A stretch of 64,000 nt of DNA, from the NCBI RefSeq assembly GCF_006345805.1, contig NC_043017.1, forward strand, positions 1,178,001 through 1,242,000, written 5' to 3'. The position numbers and the translations under genes are program-made. The stretch comes from Octopus sinensis (Eukaryota). Below, in pieces: positions 51,121 to 64,000 of the stretch. The notes beneath the pieces were generated by a model. That model was not told the DNA's origin, did no database searches, and saw only the letters and a program-made list of their open reading frames with translations. Position 1 is the first letter of the stretch; every line of letters starts with the position of its first letter.

Positions 51121-52530
51121 GCCAGAGCTGATATAGAATGAGTGTTGACTAAGGTGTAACGCTACACTAGCCAAATCTTCTGAACACTCCAGCCGGAGCT
51201 TAGTCACTAGATGGCCGCTAGATGTCTTGACCAATATCTCAAATTATAGCACAACTCTTGTCCTCAACTGTACACTGGAGTTCATCCTTTAAGCACTTAC
51301 CCGTTTTCACGTTATCTCAGCCAATGTCTACACACCGGTGAGTCTGTACGATGTATGTCTAGTGACCGCCACTAGCCCATATTTAGCCACAGGGACATTT
51401 TTGTTACTTTGCCACTGAGTGAGGCTTATAATAGTTACTCGCACACCACAGAGGAAATGGAGTGGAGCAGGGAGTTTTTCTAACTAAGGAGTAACTCTAT
51501 ACTGTCCAAACCTCGTGAACTCCTTAACTGAAACTTGCTTACCTAAGGTCCCCAAACAGATCCCTAAATTCCATAATTCAGGTCGCCAGCAGCTCTCCCA
51601 ACCTTTTCCTATTCCACATTTTGGCAGGAGTATTTCATGTTACATAAGGAAATGCCAATACATCAGTGGGACTGCTTCAGTGCCGTATGCTTCAGCTACA
51701 GAAAACGGTTTAATGATATTTTACCATTAACTTATGTCCATAGAAAGTAATCCACGCTGGGAGACAGTAAACCTGGAACATCACGTAACTAAGAAATAAC
51801 TCCATGTTCTGCAGAACCGTTAAATGCCTGGTTCTCACACTCAGAGGCGTTTAATGGCTTGCTCAAGATAACGAAAGTAACACAACCTTACCAAATATAA
51901 TATTGATTATTATCCCAAATAGAAACCAATGTTATAATTCTAGAGAGAGAATTGGGTGAATCGTAGAACCGGTTGAGCTACCGGGTCAATATTTCATTTT
52001 CATTCTTTTCCAGAGTCGATAAAGTTAAATCCACTCCAAGTTTTGGCATCGGTTTAATCGACTGTTATGTCACTGAAAATTTATAGCCCTACGTCTGTGT
52101 TAGAAATTATTATTTAATATATTAATTACAATTTTGAAACGGACCAGAAAACATTATCGATATTTTATTTCGGAGTAAAAACATAAAACCAAAGAAATGA
52201 AAATACAAATTGACTTTTTATTTAGACAAGTTTACTGCTGAGACCTATGACATTTCGCAGCGTTCCTCTATCGTGAAAGGTTATTCGTGTTTCGTCACAT
52301 AGGCTGGTTTTCTCTTTCCAATGCAGACGGTCCAGCATTGATTTTCGACTTTGGGACAAGGTTACCAAATATGTGACAGATTCGGGTTTGCTATTTGATT
52401 GGTATTTTGAACTTATGTGGTAAAGTAACATAATAAAATATCAGATATGATTTAGCCAGCCATAATGTGACTTCACATGCAAGAGAATGTATGGTGTTAA
52501 TAATAATAATCATAATAATCACAATAATAA

Positions 52531-53088
52531 TAATGCCCTGATGCAGTACCAGGCAGCTGCTCTCATGGCTTCTGATCTTAACTGATTGGAAGTGTTATCA
52601 TGTACATTGTTTTGTCTTGGTATAAAAGATGGGCTACAGCAAATATTCTGCTCAATACCACAGATTTGCTTGTCAGTTGTTTGACCTTAACCAGTTGAGC
52701 ATGTCCCTTAGTGGCTGACGATATGTGCATCTCTGATCACGAGCAGAAGTAGTGGGGGAGCATCATAGCCATGTGTTGAGAGGGATTCTTTGGGGTTTGA
52801 ATAATTCACCTCTGGAAACATGGGTGGTTCTTTCAACATCCTTTAACAACCCTTATTCAGGGACCTTTTGAGCGGGATGGGCTACTCAACCTGAAGAAAA
52901 TTCTAACTGGGCCCCATCTGCAAAGTCATATGCTGTTTATCTTGATATGAGATCACCATGTCGCGCACATATGGTTGTGATGCATGTGCCTGGTGTACCC
53001 TTATCAGACGGGAAGTCATGGTGGGTATATTGGGCTTCGTATATTTTACCCCAGTGTCACTTTGATGGCATGCACTGCTCTCTCACTC

Positions 53089-53090
<2 letters not shown>
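52531..53090. repeat. ~560-bp non-coding dispersed repeat embedded in (AAT)n
   Basis: Complex, GC-richer block with (AAT)n at both ends and no ORF, next to an R4/Dong-like fragment; possibly a UTR or non-autonomous derivative. Confidence 0.45.
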
Positions 53091-53149
<59 letters not shown>

Positions 53150-53150
<1 letters not shown>

Positions 53151-53400
53151 TAATAGTAATAGAAAGAGAAAAGAGTGGGAAATACCAGCCACAGTGGGAC
53201 GAGATAGGAACGTTATGGGGCATGAGGAAAGTAATGGTGATACTGGTGGAAACTGGAGCATTAGAAGCAGTTTCCAAGAGCTTTGAAAATCATACTAAGA
53301 ATATTGGAGCAGCAGTCAGGCTCGAAGTGATCTAGAAGACAGCACTGTCGGGAACAGCTCGCATTCTAAGGAGAGTAATGTCGCTTTGAGTCACAGGAGA
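53150..53400 (+). mobile_element. R4/Dong-like LINE 3' fragment
   Basis: EKSGKYQPQWDEIGTLWGMRKVMVILVETGALEAV...KTALSGTARILRRV, starting directly after (AAT)n. Confidence 0.75.
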
Positions 53401-53485
53401 AGGCCCCTAATGAAACCTTTGGTTTGTCTGCTTTTCAGTAAAGAACAACCGGTAGTTAAGAACTATCCGAGAGTCTTTCATAATA

Positions 53486-53537
<52 letters not shown>

Positions 53538-53589
53538 CGACGACGACGACGACGATGATGATGATAATATTAATAATAATGGGACGTTT

Positions 53590-53830
53590 CACATGTGAGT
53601 GCGATGAAACACTGCTCCGAAATCTATGCAAAACCATCGGGAATAAAGACATCGCATGAATCCAAAAATAACTGACAAAGAAATGGAGAAAAGTTCAAAA
53701 TACAAAGATCTTGAAATAGAGGTAAGTCGAATGTGGAGTCTAAAAACAGAAACAATTTTTATCAAACTGGGCGCATTAGGTATGATAAAAAATATTCAAA
53801 TACATAACAAAATCACCAGGACTAACATGT
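53590..53830 (+). mobile_element. R4/Dong-like LINE 3' fragment
   Basis: EMEKSSKYKDLEIEVSRMWSLKTETIFIKLGALGMIK, starting after (GAT)n/AAT repeats. Confidence 0.7.
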
Positions 53831-54998
53831 AGTGTTTTGATCAAGAACTCAACGCGCCACCTGGTGCTGGAATCGAAAGCATGACCTTAAGTACATCACC
53901 TTAAACAAAATATCTCAACGCCCTCCCCCGCCACACATAAAACTGTTCGGGTAATTAAAAGAGAAAGATGTCATACACCCGTCGTATAACGAGTAGCAAC
54001 ATTTTGGACAATGGTGTCTCAGAAAAAAAGTACAGCTCAGCAAATGATATAAAATAGTGTGATGCTTAACAACTAAACACCTTTAATCACTTCACCAGTC
54101 CATAAACACTGACTTCAAATTAAGCAAAATCCCCAACAACAGCAACTACAAAAACAACACGAATCACGACGACGGTGATGAAAAAGCGTTATATAATCAC
54201 AGCTTTCGAACAGAAAACCATGCTTCATTTACAGACCGCGAGAATTTTCCATTACATCACACCCTGCTGGCGCTCAAGTCGTTTCTGCGTAACTCCAACA
54301 CGTTCGCATCGTTTGGATATTTCATCTTGGGTAATATAATTATTATTTCTCAATCGAAATCACTATAATTCTGAAAATTCTGACAGCGAAATTAATTATT
54401 TTCATTAAATTTTATTGTTGCTCCCTGTCTTAAGCACGTCCACCAATCATTGTGTTATTTGTGACTGTGATATCGAAACAAAGTTTGTTTACGGATTTCA
54501 TTGTCTGAATGGTGCGATTTCTGAATATGACATGAATGTGTCTCTTACTTGGTGACGAAAGGAAATTGGTTTTAATTGGACGCTTATGAAAGGCGGAAGG
54601 GATCTGTGAAATATCTGTCGAAAGGTTATCTTGGGTATAATCCATGGATTATGTAGCTTTAATCTGCAGGATTTATCCTTACCAGTTAATTAAGGATGAC
54701 TGGCATGTATGAGACTATTGCGAAAAAAAAATCTGCATTTTTCTAGCGACTGTACGTTTGAACACTTTCTGCAGATAAGAGAATAAAATACAAAGGAATA
54801 AATAAATAATTAAAAAAAGACCGAAATTATGTAATAACTAACGAAATGTTTTGCTTGTTTGGTGCTGAGCTGAAGTTAATTCAGAAATGTCAGAGAAATA
54901 CAATAGATTTTATGTAGGTATCAAGTTTGCTAGAAATGGCAGCAACATTAGCATTAGAAGAAGAAAAAATATATTTCATAATGCGGTACTACGAGGAT

Positions 54999-55292
54999 AC
55001 ATCAAATGCCGGCTTCTGGCTCATAGGGCCGGTTTCCCGATTTCCTTGGCGTATAGGTTCCCCACCTGGACGGGGCGCCGGTCCGTCGCAGGTGAGCTGC
55101 AAGATGCAGGAGGAAAGTGTGAGAGAACGTTGTGGTAAAAGAGTCAGCAAAAGTTCGCCATAACCATCTGCCGGAGCCGCGTGGAGCTTAGGTGTTTCGC
55201 TCATAAACACACACATCGCCCGGTCTGAAATTCGAACCAGCGATCCCTCGACCGCGAGTCCGCTGCTCTAACCACTAGGCCATGTGCCTCCA
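54999..55292 (-). repeat. tRNA-derived SINE family C (V-domain-like body)
   Basis: Minus strand: A box TGGCCTAGTGG, B box GGTTCGAATTT, body GCGACGGACCGGCGCCCCGTCCAGGTGGGG resembling V-SINE sequence as I recall it. Confidence 0.7.
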
Positions 55293-55319
55293 AATCTAGA
55301 GTAGATAAGGTGCCGGATC

Positions 55320-55930
<611 letters not shown>

Positions 55931-56061
55931 GTAACCATTAACAAATGAGTTTCTAGATGACCATACTCGGACAGTGATAGTAATACTAGAGTATTGTAGT
56001 TCGCTTGAAGCATTGTGTATTGTTTGTAAAGAATAAAAAGTTTTGAATGGTAGAACAAAGG

Positions 56062-56193
56062 ACTATAATAGAGGCAATGGACTATATACCTGTTGTAATT
56101 TATTCGTCCATAGTCTGTTATAATATTTCGATCATATCAGTCTATGGTTGACTAAATTACAACAGGTATATTGCCCATTGTCTGTATTATAGT
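56062..56193. repeat. MITE-like imperfect inverted repeat, 56-bp arms
   Basis: ACTATAATA...CCATAGTCTG versus CAGTCTATGG...TATTATAGT; 8 mismatches, ~20-nt spacer. Confidence 0.75.
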
Positions 56194-57399
56194 GCATTGT
56201 TATACCATTCAAAGATCTTTATTCTTTAATAGTAAAAATATTCAGTTACACCCCAAAACTCATAAAATTGGGTCATATTTTTATGGGGTTCCGGATTTAT
56301 TATTTTTTCACAACCTGGACGTTTCTTAATTCAACAGCTGGTGTTAGGTTGCAGTTATTCATTATATTTTTCTGTTCCCTTCAGCAGGAGTTACTCGTTT
56401 GGATTAGCGGCTTCTGTGCTTTGCAATGTCTGTTTGCAACCCGGAAACAGCAGTCAAATTTCTCACAAATCGCATCTCCGATCGTATAAGTGAAGTGACA
56501 TTTTGAAAAATGTTGTTTCGGATAACGCTGCTAGGAAAGTAAAAAAAAAAAAAGGAACAGCATAGACTTTCTTTAAACATATTCTATCATATCCCTATTC
56601 ATTAAACACTGATTTCTGCTAAACAAAAACGGAACATCAGCAGCAACAATTAAAACAACAAGAACGAAGACGGTGACAACAAACCATTGTATAATAACAT
56701 TTTCAAACACGAAACTAGGATTTGCTTATAGATGGCAAGAATTCCTCAACACTTCACGCCCTGTTGGCAATCACTTATGTCTCTTCTCTGTAGCTCAGGC
56801 AGACCCACATCGTTGGGATATTTCATCTCGAGTAACATAATCCTTATTTCTCAATTGTCATCATTACAGTACAGAAAATCCTGATATAAAGAAATTAATT
56901 ATTTTAATTTACTTTGACTCGTACTTTGCTGTTGTAAACACGTCCGACAATGAATGTATTATTTGTGAGTGTGATATTGAAACAAAGCTCGTTTACCGAT
57001 TTTATATTTTAAATGTGATTTACGTGCAGGATACGAATGGATCGCCCACGTTGTGCCCAAATGAAATTAGTTTTAATGGGAGGTTTACGAGACGTGGAAG
57101 GGATCTGTGAAATATCTATGAAGAATAGCTTTGTGTGTAATCCATGGATTTTATAGTTGTAATCTGCAGAATTTAAAGCTGACAGTTAATTTAGGAAGAC
57201 CAATAAGGCAGATATTGTCAAGAAATTTTAGATCTTCTAGCTGTTGAGGTTGACATCCACTGATATATTTAACACAAAAATTATTAAATAATATTATGTC
57301 CGAAGTTAAGCTTTGACTTTCAGATGTTAAATACAATTCAATACAGAGAAGGAAACAATGTAATGGTATGTAATAGATCTGCTAAAATAATTGCTGGTG

Positions 57400-58241
57400 G
57401 ACGATATCCATATGTATCTGATGCGAGGTAGCAGAAGACGTTAATTCATCAACTGTGCATTGCCATTTGCAAGAACTAAGAATCGTTTCTAAGCTTGGCA
57501 AGTGGATTTCTCATGAACTGAGTGATAGCGAGTGAAAAGAACGTGTCAATAACTGCATTGCTCTTTTTCACGTGAGAAGAAAATCTCCTTATTTGAACTG
57601 CCTCGTGACCGTTGATGAAAAGCATATAATCTATAAGAATGTTAAATGCCGACGCCAATGGTTGCGACTGGAAGAACAAGTAAAACCCACCAAAAACAAG
57701 ATATTTATCCCCAGAAGTATTTGTTAAGCACTTGGTGGGACAAATTTGGTATAATACACTTTGAACGCTGAAGTTTACAGCTGAAGTTACTTACTATGAA
57801 AAAATAGAAAGAAAAACTTACAGAAGAACAGTGATTTCTAGTCAATCGAAAGGCTATCGTTTTATTTCGTAACCTCATTGTGCAAGTATCATATGTGTCA
57901 AGATTGAGGATCTAGATTGGGAAAGGCTTCTACATACCCTGTAATTTCCTGACCTTGGTCCTCCGGATTATCACTTCTTCCAAAGCTTGCAGGATTTTAT
58001 TTATGCGAAAGAAAAACAATTCCTTAAAAGAGCTTGCAACGCACTTTCAAGAGCTTTTCTCTTCTAAGCTAGCAAATTTCTATAGGAGTAGCATAAAAAA
58101 TATCTTTTAGAACGTTGGAAAAATGTTATTGATTCCGATGGGGAATACGTAACTGATGACATTGGAATGTTATTTGCATTTTTTTTATTTCTTGAAAGCC
58201 TATCACAACAGAAACAACATTACTTATGTGAAGACCTGATA
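57400..58241 (+). mobile_element. Decayed mariner transposon
   Basis: Fragments KLGKWISHEL, LVTVDEK.IIYKN, LSTWWD.FGIIHFE, DWE.L.H...PDLGPPDYHFFQSLQ, ERWKNVIDSDGEY; right TIR-like end near 58220-58241. Confidence 0.8.
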
Positions 58242-58394
58242 CAGTGGCTAAGTGGATAACATGATACTACGTAAGTCATATGTTTTTTTTTTTTCTGAAC
58301 AAATTTGAAGTAATTATAGAAGCTGCAACACCCTTCATCAGAAAACTACATATCGACAGTAGTTCGGGTGTTAAGAAACAATAGCAACAGGAAG

Positions 58395-58615
58395 GCGGCG
58401 AGCTGGAGGACACGTTAGTACGCCGGGCGAAATGCTTAGTGGTATTTCCACCGAGGTCTACTTCGCCTTTCATCCTTTCGGAGTCGATAAATTAAGTACC
58501 AATTACTCACGGGGCGGGGGGGGAGGCGTAGTAATCGACTTAATCCGTTTTGTCTGTCCTTGTTTGTCCCCTCTATGTTTAGCCTCTTGTGGGTCAATAA
58601 AGAAATAAGAAACAA
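58395..58615 (+). repeat. SINE family A copy with internal deletion
   Basis: Head GGCGAGCTGG...GAAATGCTTAGTGGTATTT joined directly to CCACCGAGGTC; full tail GTGGGTCAATAAAGAAATA. Confidence 0.8.
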
Positions 58616-58630
58616 TAGCAACAGCAATCT

Positions 58631-58685
<55 letters not shown>

Positions 58686-59387
58686 AGCTACTGCTGCTGC
58701 TACTACTACTGCTACTACTCAGTGGAATCGTTGAGGCGTAATCTTCATTGGAGCGGCTAGTAATATTTAAAAATCACCAGTCTCTAATCACACACTCCTT
58801 TGCTAAAAATAGAAGTAGTTTTTGCGATCCTAAAAGCACTGTCTGAAATTTTCTTTTCGCTTTTTTCTTATTATTGATAGCTACGATTTTCATTGTAGTT
58901 TTTCAACTTCCTTCTGCACATGTGCTGTTAATGTCAATCATTTGGTATTGCTGTTTCTTTCGTTACTAAGAACCAGTTTTAACTGGCGTGATAGCAGCCA
59001 GCCAAAATATCTCACAAATCTCAGCTCACGTCGTATAATAGCTAGTGACGTAGCGGACAAGAATTTCTTAGAAACTACAGCCCGGGAAAGAAAGTAAAAG
59101 AAGAAAAAAAAATGTTACACAGATGATTTAAACTCCGATTGTATGCCTATTCAATAAACACTGATTTTACAATAAAAAAACTCAACAAAAGCAATAACCG
59201 AAGAAACGATGACGACGACGATAAACCATTATATAACCACAGTTTTCAAACAAGGTAAACAAGGAATTGTCTATAAATTGCGAGCGAGAATTCTCCATCA
59301 CATCGCAGCCTCTTTGCTATCACTCACGTCATTTCTGTGTATTTCCAACATGTCCACATGGTTCGGATATATAATATATATTATATT

Positions 59388-59431
<44 letters not shown>

Positions 59432-60239
59432 TTCGGATATATAATCATAGTTTTCAAACAGGGTATACTATGATTTGCCTATAGATCGCGAGAATTCTCC
59501 ATCACATCACAGCCTATTTGCAATCTCTCACGTCATTTCTGTGTATCTCCAACACGTCCAATTCGTTCGGATATTTCATCTAGAGTAATATAATTCTTCT
59601 CAATTGTCATCAGAAGAATTGTGACGTTCCCGATATAATGAAATTAATTATTTTAATTAAATTTGATTGGTGCTCTCCCGTGTGAAGCACGTCCACCAAT
59701 CATTGTATTATTTGCGGTTCTGTTATTGAAACAAAGTTTGCTGATTTTATTGTGTGAATGTTAAGATTTCTATGAAATGAAGGAGTCGCTTACGTTGCGG
59801 CGAGGGAAAATTGATTTTAATTGGACGTTTATGAGACATGGAAGCGATCTGTGAAATATCTGCCCGAAGCGTATATTGGACATAATCCATGGCGTGTTTA
59901 GCTCTAATCTGCAGAATTTATGCTTGCCAGTTAAATTAGGATCACTGGCAAGGCATATATTGTGAAGTAACTCCGATCCTGTGACGATTGTGGGTGGGAG
60001 TCACTGAAATAAAACAAAACAAAAAACAAGACGAAATGATGTTCATCCAAATATGAGATTTGCCAGTCAGGCGCTGAACCCTACGCTCATTCGAAGAGAC
60101 CGAAAGATGGAAGAGAATTTACTTACATAGAAAGCCTACTGGAAATAGTAGTGAAATTACTGAAATAAACGAAGGAAGGCTTCGTTACATAATTACTAAG
60201 CGTAATCATCCACGTTGAGTAAGATATACAGAATGCTAT

Positions 60240-61370
60240 TCTAAAACATTAATGTTCAAATTCTGCCGAGGTCGACTTTGCCGTTCATCCTTTCGGGGTC
60301 GATAAATTAAGTACCAGTTACGCACTGGGGTCGGTGTAATCTACTTAATCCATTTGTCTGTCCTTGTTTGTCCCCTCTTTGTTTACTACCCTTGTGGGTA
60401 GTAAAGAAATAGATATTTTGTCTACAGCTACGTTCTGAGTTCAAATACCGTTGAGGTCGACTTTTCATTTCATACTTCGGAGTCGATTATTTAAGTAGCA
60501 GTTACGCAATGGTTCGACAGGTCTCCTCCCCCAAAGTGTCAGGCCCTCTGCCTATAGTAAAAAGCATTGTTATTTTCATCGTCAATAAAGCGGTGAGCTG
60601 GCAGAATCGTTAGCGCGCTGGACGAAATGTTTAGTGGTATTTCGCCTGCCCTCCGAAGTGTTTCCAAATGCAGCCGAGTTCCACTTTGCCTTTCATTCTT
60701 TCGTGGTTGACAAGTTAAGTAAAAGTTGAGCACTTGGTTCGATGTAATCGACACATCCCCCACAAAAGGGCTTCCCTTGTGGCAAAATTTGAAGCCATTA
60801 TTATCATCGTCATTAATATTAGCATATGTACTAAGACGGTGAGCTGGCAGAATCGTTAGCACGCCGGGTGAAATGCTTAGTGGTATTTCGTCTGCCGCTA
60901 CGTTCTGAGTTCAACTTCCGCCGAGGTCGACTTTGCTTTTCATCCTTTCGGGGTCGATTAAATAAATACCAGTTATGCACTGGGGGTCTACATATTCAAC
61001 TTAAAACGTTTGTCTGTTCTTGTTTGTCCTCTCTGTGTTTAACCCCTTGTGGGTAGTAAAGAAATAGGTATTTTGTTCATCGTACGTTCTGAGTTCAAAT
61101 TCCGCCGAGATCGACTTTGCTTTTTCTCCTTTGGGGATTTATGAATTAGATATCATTTGCGTACTAGGGTCGATCTAATCGACTGGCCCCCTCCCGAAAC
61201 ATTTTGTGCCTTGTTAATATAACTAGTATTATGAAGGTTGGAAGCTAGCAGAATCGTTACCGCGCGCAGCAAAATTCCTTACCGACATTTTGGTGGTCAT
61301 TACTATCTCAGTTCAAATTACGCATAGGTCGATTTTCCTTTTCATCTTTTAGATGTCGATAAAAGATGTA
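60240..61370 (+). repeat. Cluster of SINE family A copies, head-to-tail
   Basis: About six repeats of the B box plus body; well-preserved copy at 60835-61210. Confidence 0.85.
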
Positions 61371-61399
61371 CCTGTTCTGTACCAGAGCCCATGCGATCG

Positions 61400-61700
61400 T
61401 CTTCCCCTGGCCACCGAAGTTGCAAGCCATGAGCCAAAATTTCAAGCCATCTTAATCATCTGTAGCAGTAGCAGCATTAGATGTTCCAATTCTTCTTCAA
61501 AATTCCAAGGGAACGGTGGTCGGAAAAATACTTCGATTTTTCACAGCGAAGCAGCACGTATTAATAATTCAAGAGAACGAAATCCATTGATAGAACGGAT
61601 ATATATTAATGTAAACATCCTGGTGCTATCAGTCTCTATGATTTATTCAAACATTCAGTAATGCGGTTCTACTGATTTAGTTTCCCAAGACAAACTGGAA
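61400..61700 (+). pseudogene. Possible LRR remnant
   Basis: QHVLIIQENEIH (61552-61587) is one substitution (CAG versus CTG) from LxxLxIxxNxI. Confidence 0.3.
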
Positions 61701-61989
61701 TACAAATAGACATCCCTCGATGATCAAGGTTGTGATTAAAAATGTAAGACACTTCCCCTCAGGTGGTTTTAGTCGAAGATAAATAGCAAAATGAATATCT
61801 CTCAACATAAATCTAGATTCCAAGTTAAATTTAGTATTCGATGATACTCAGACATCTGTAGATCTCTCTCTCTCTCTCTTTCTCTCGCTCTCTCTCTCTC
61901 TGTCACACACACATACTATTACTATCTCCCTATGCCACACTATATATCTCACCCTCTATGTATTTATTAACTATCTATCGATCTGTAAG

Positions 61990-61993
61990 CCTG

Positions 61994-62056
<63 letters not shown>

Positions 62057-62058
62057 AC

Positions 62059-62134
<76 letters not shown>

Positions 62135-62159
62135 ATATATATATATCTATCTATCTATA

Positions 62160-62198
<39 letters not shown>

Positions 62199-62226
62199 AT
62201 ATCTATCTATCTATCTATCTATCTAT
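61990..62226 (+). repeat. (TATC)n microsatellite, 5' flank of Tx1 copy 2
   Basis: Tetranucleotide run with a few TA variants. Confidence 0.95.
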
Positions 62227-62229
62227 TTG

Positions 62230-63596
62230 TCTTGTGGAAAGGATGCGGCCCGATGGTCAGGCGATCCATTTGCTGTCAACACCCGTTAAAAGGAGGGCTG
62301 GGCATGCCGTGGTTGATGATGCGCAGACACGCGCTGAGACTGCGACATCTCCGGCTCTATGTAGACGACGGTGAACAGGTGTGGTCGCCGTTTGTGAGGC
62401 ACGCATTCCCGCAACTCGTCTCCATGACCGAACTACAGTCGTGGATCAAAAAGAGGCCGAAGAAGGGCGAATGGCACCGCGAGTGTCGCGTTGCTCTCAA
62501 GCAACTCTGCCGTCCCGGGTCGACCTTGAGTGACTTCAACACAACCAAAGCATTCTATAGGGGATTAGTGGAGGGGAGGTACGACGACGAGCTCGGGGCA
62601 AACCTGGGCGTCGACGAGGAATACCTGACCCGCCTGTTTCAAACGACTTTCGGCCCGGGACCTATGGACAACTTCCAGAGATCCCTGGCCTGGCGGTGCT
62701 ACCGAGAAGCGCTACCCGTTCGGGATAAGCTCTATAGGCATGGCTCGAGAAACACGGGGCCGACCTGCCCGAGATGCGGGCAGAGCGACGAAACCGCTCT
62801 GCACGCAATCGTGCAGTGTCCAGCAATTTCCGACCTGTGGGCTTATGTCGAACGACTGCTGTCACGTGTGGGACGTGTCGGTTTATCAGCCGAGTCTATC
62901 GTTAATATCGTCACGCCTCCTTCCGTCAAACGGGAAGGAAGAGCTATTTTTATCATACTTGTGGCTATGGCGAAAGAATGTATCTGGTGGACGCGTCTGA
63001 AAGGATTAGAGACAAACTTTCCTCTCTGGTCAATCTCTCATCAACTTCTTCAAGTATCACTTGAAGAAAAAAGTGAGAGTAGAGAGGCAAGTTTGTCTAG
63101 TGAATGTTTTAAAAAAAGATGGGTGAATGTAGCAAGGATGGCACGTATGAATGACGAAGCCACCTTGACTATGATTCTATGAACCGTAAAAATTAATACA
63201 GAGAGTTGCTTATTTGCAAAAAAAAAAAAAAAAGAAATATAACATGTGACTTCATTGACCGAGGTTACCGTGGTCTTTTCCGTAGGCTTTTCTTTCAACG
63301 GGTAAACCTCACCTGTCCTCCCCTTTACACTTCATATTGACATTTCTGTGATAACGATCCCTATTGATCAATTTTTTCCTCTCCCCCTTTTTTTTTAACC
63401 CCCCCCCCTTTTTGTCCTCTTTCTCTCCTTTTACGATCCCTTTTGATCGACCCCCCCTTTTTATTTTATTTTTATTTTATTTTTTTATTTTTTTAAATTT
63501 TTATTTATTTTTTTATTTTTTAAACCTTCAAAAGAAAAGCTCTACCTTGTAATTTGTTCTATCTGTGTGCAGCCCTGTGTGGCTAATAAAGAAACA
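62230..63596 (+). mobile_element. Tx1/L1-clade retrotransposon, copy 2 (heavily 5'-truncated, C-terminal ORF2 plus 3' UTR)
   Basis: Matches copy 1 from 11877 onward (about 8 substitutions in the first ~310 nt); same 3' end AATAAAGAAACA then TATCTA; a 2-bp and a 1-bp deletion compensate so the frame is restored before the native stop. Confidence 0.95.
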
Positions 63597-64000
63597 TATC
63601 TATCTATTTGTCTGTCTGTCAGTCTGTCTGCCTGTCAGTCTGTTTGTCTGTCTGTCTATGAATCTATCATCACTCTTCTGCGTGTGTCTTTCTCTTCTCC
63701 CTCAGATGCGTACGCTGACTCCCACTACCACTATATGCCTGGGTATGAATTAATCAATTTCACCTGTATCCCCGTTGATCTACATATTTACATATCCATC
63801 TGGTTTAAAAGCATATTCAAATTTTCTGGCACTGTGCAATCTCTATCTGTGCTTACTTTCTCACGTCTTACACATACACACACCGGTGTGCAGGTATATA
63901 TACATACCTACATACATGCATACATGTATACGTATAAACGCACACACACACATATATATATATGTATATATATATATATGTATGTATATGAATAAGTGAG

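Noticed and set aside
52531-53090. HDV-like ribozyme in the (AAT)n-embedded repeat (GAC-TTCCC-GTC)
   Set aside because: Loop too short, and no P1 or P2 partners found.
57150-57260. C-x13-C on the minus strand of the triplicated unit, suggesting a Cys-loop or chemotactile receptor
   Set aside because: No FPFD-like loop residues, and the first Cys is missing in unit 1.

Overview
AT-rich, microsatellite-saturated eukaryotic DNA with no intact host gene that I can support. The repeat families look like those of octopus genomes (coleoid cephalopod); this is inferred from repeat types, not proven. Main contents: (1) two young copies of a Tx1/L1-clade LINE (9654-13236, 62230-63596), both in the same orientation in (TATC)n microsatellites; the long copy carries a perfect 38-bp fold-back duplication at its truncated 5' end. 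(2) A near full-length, lightly decayed CR1-type LINE on the minus strand (32933-37640) whose reading frame runs Myb/SANT-like domain, polyQ, S/T/P linker, two CCCH zinc fingers, APE endonuclease, RT. (3) (TA)n-embedded Penelope-like repeats with type I hammerhead ribozyme motifs and several long inverted repeats, one with ~358-bp arms. (4) Many R4/Dong-like and HERO-like fragments, mariner and maT relics, and dozens of tRNA-derived SINEs. (5) Scattered, heavily decayed plus-strand LRR and TIR-like coding remnants that suggest a dead Toll-like/LRR receptor gene cluster. All domain calls come from translating and reading motifs by eye; no database searches were run.
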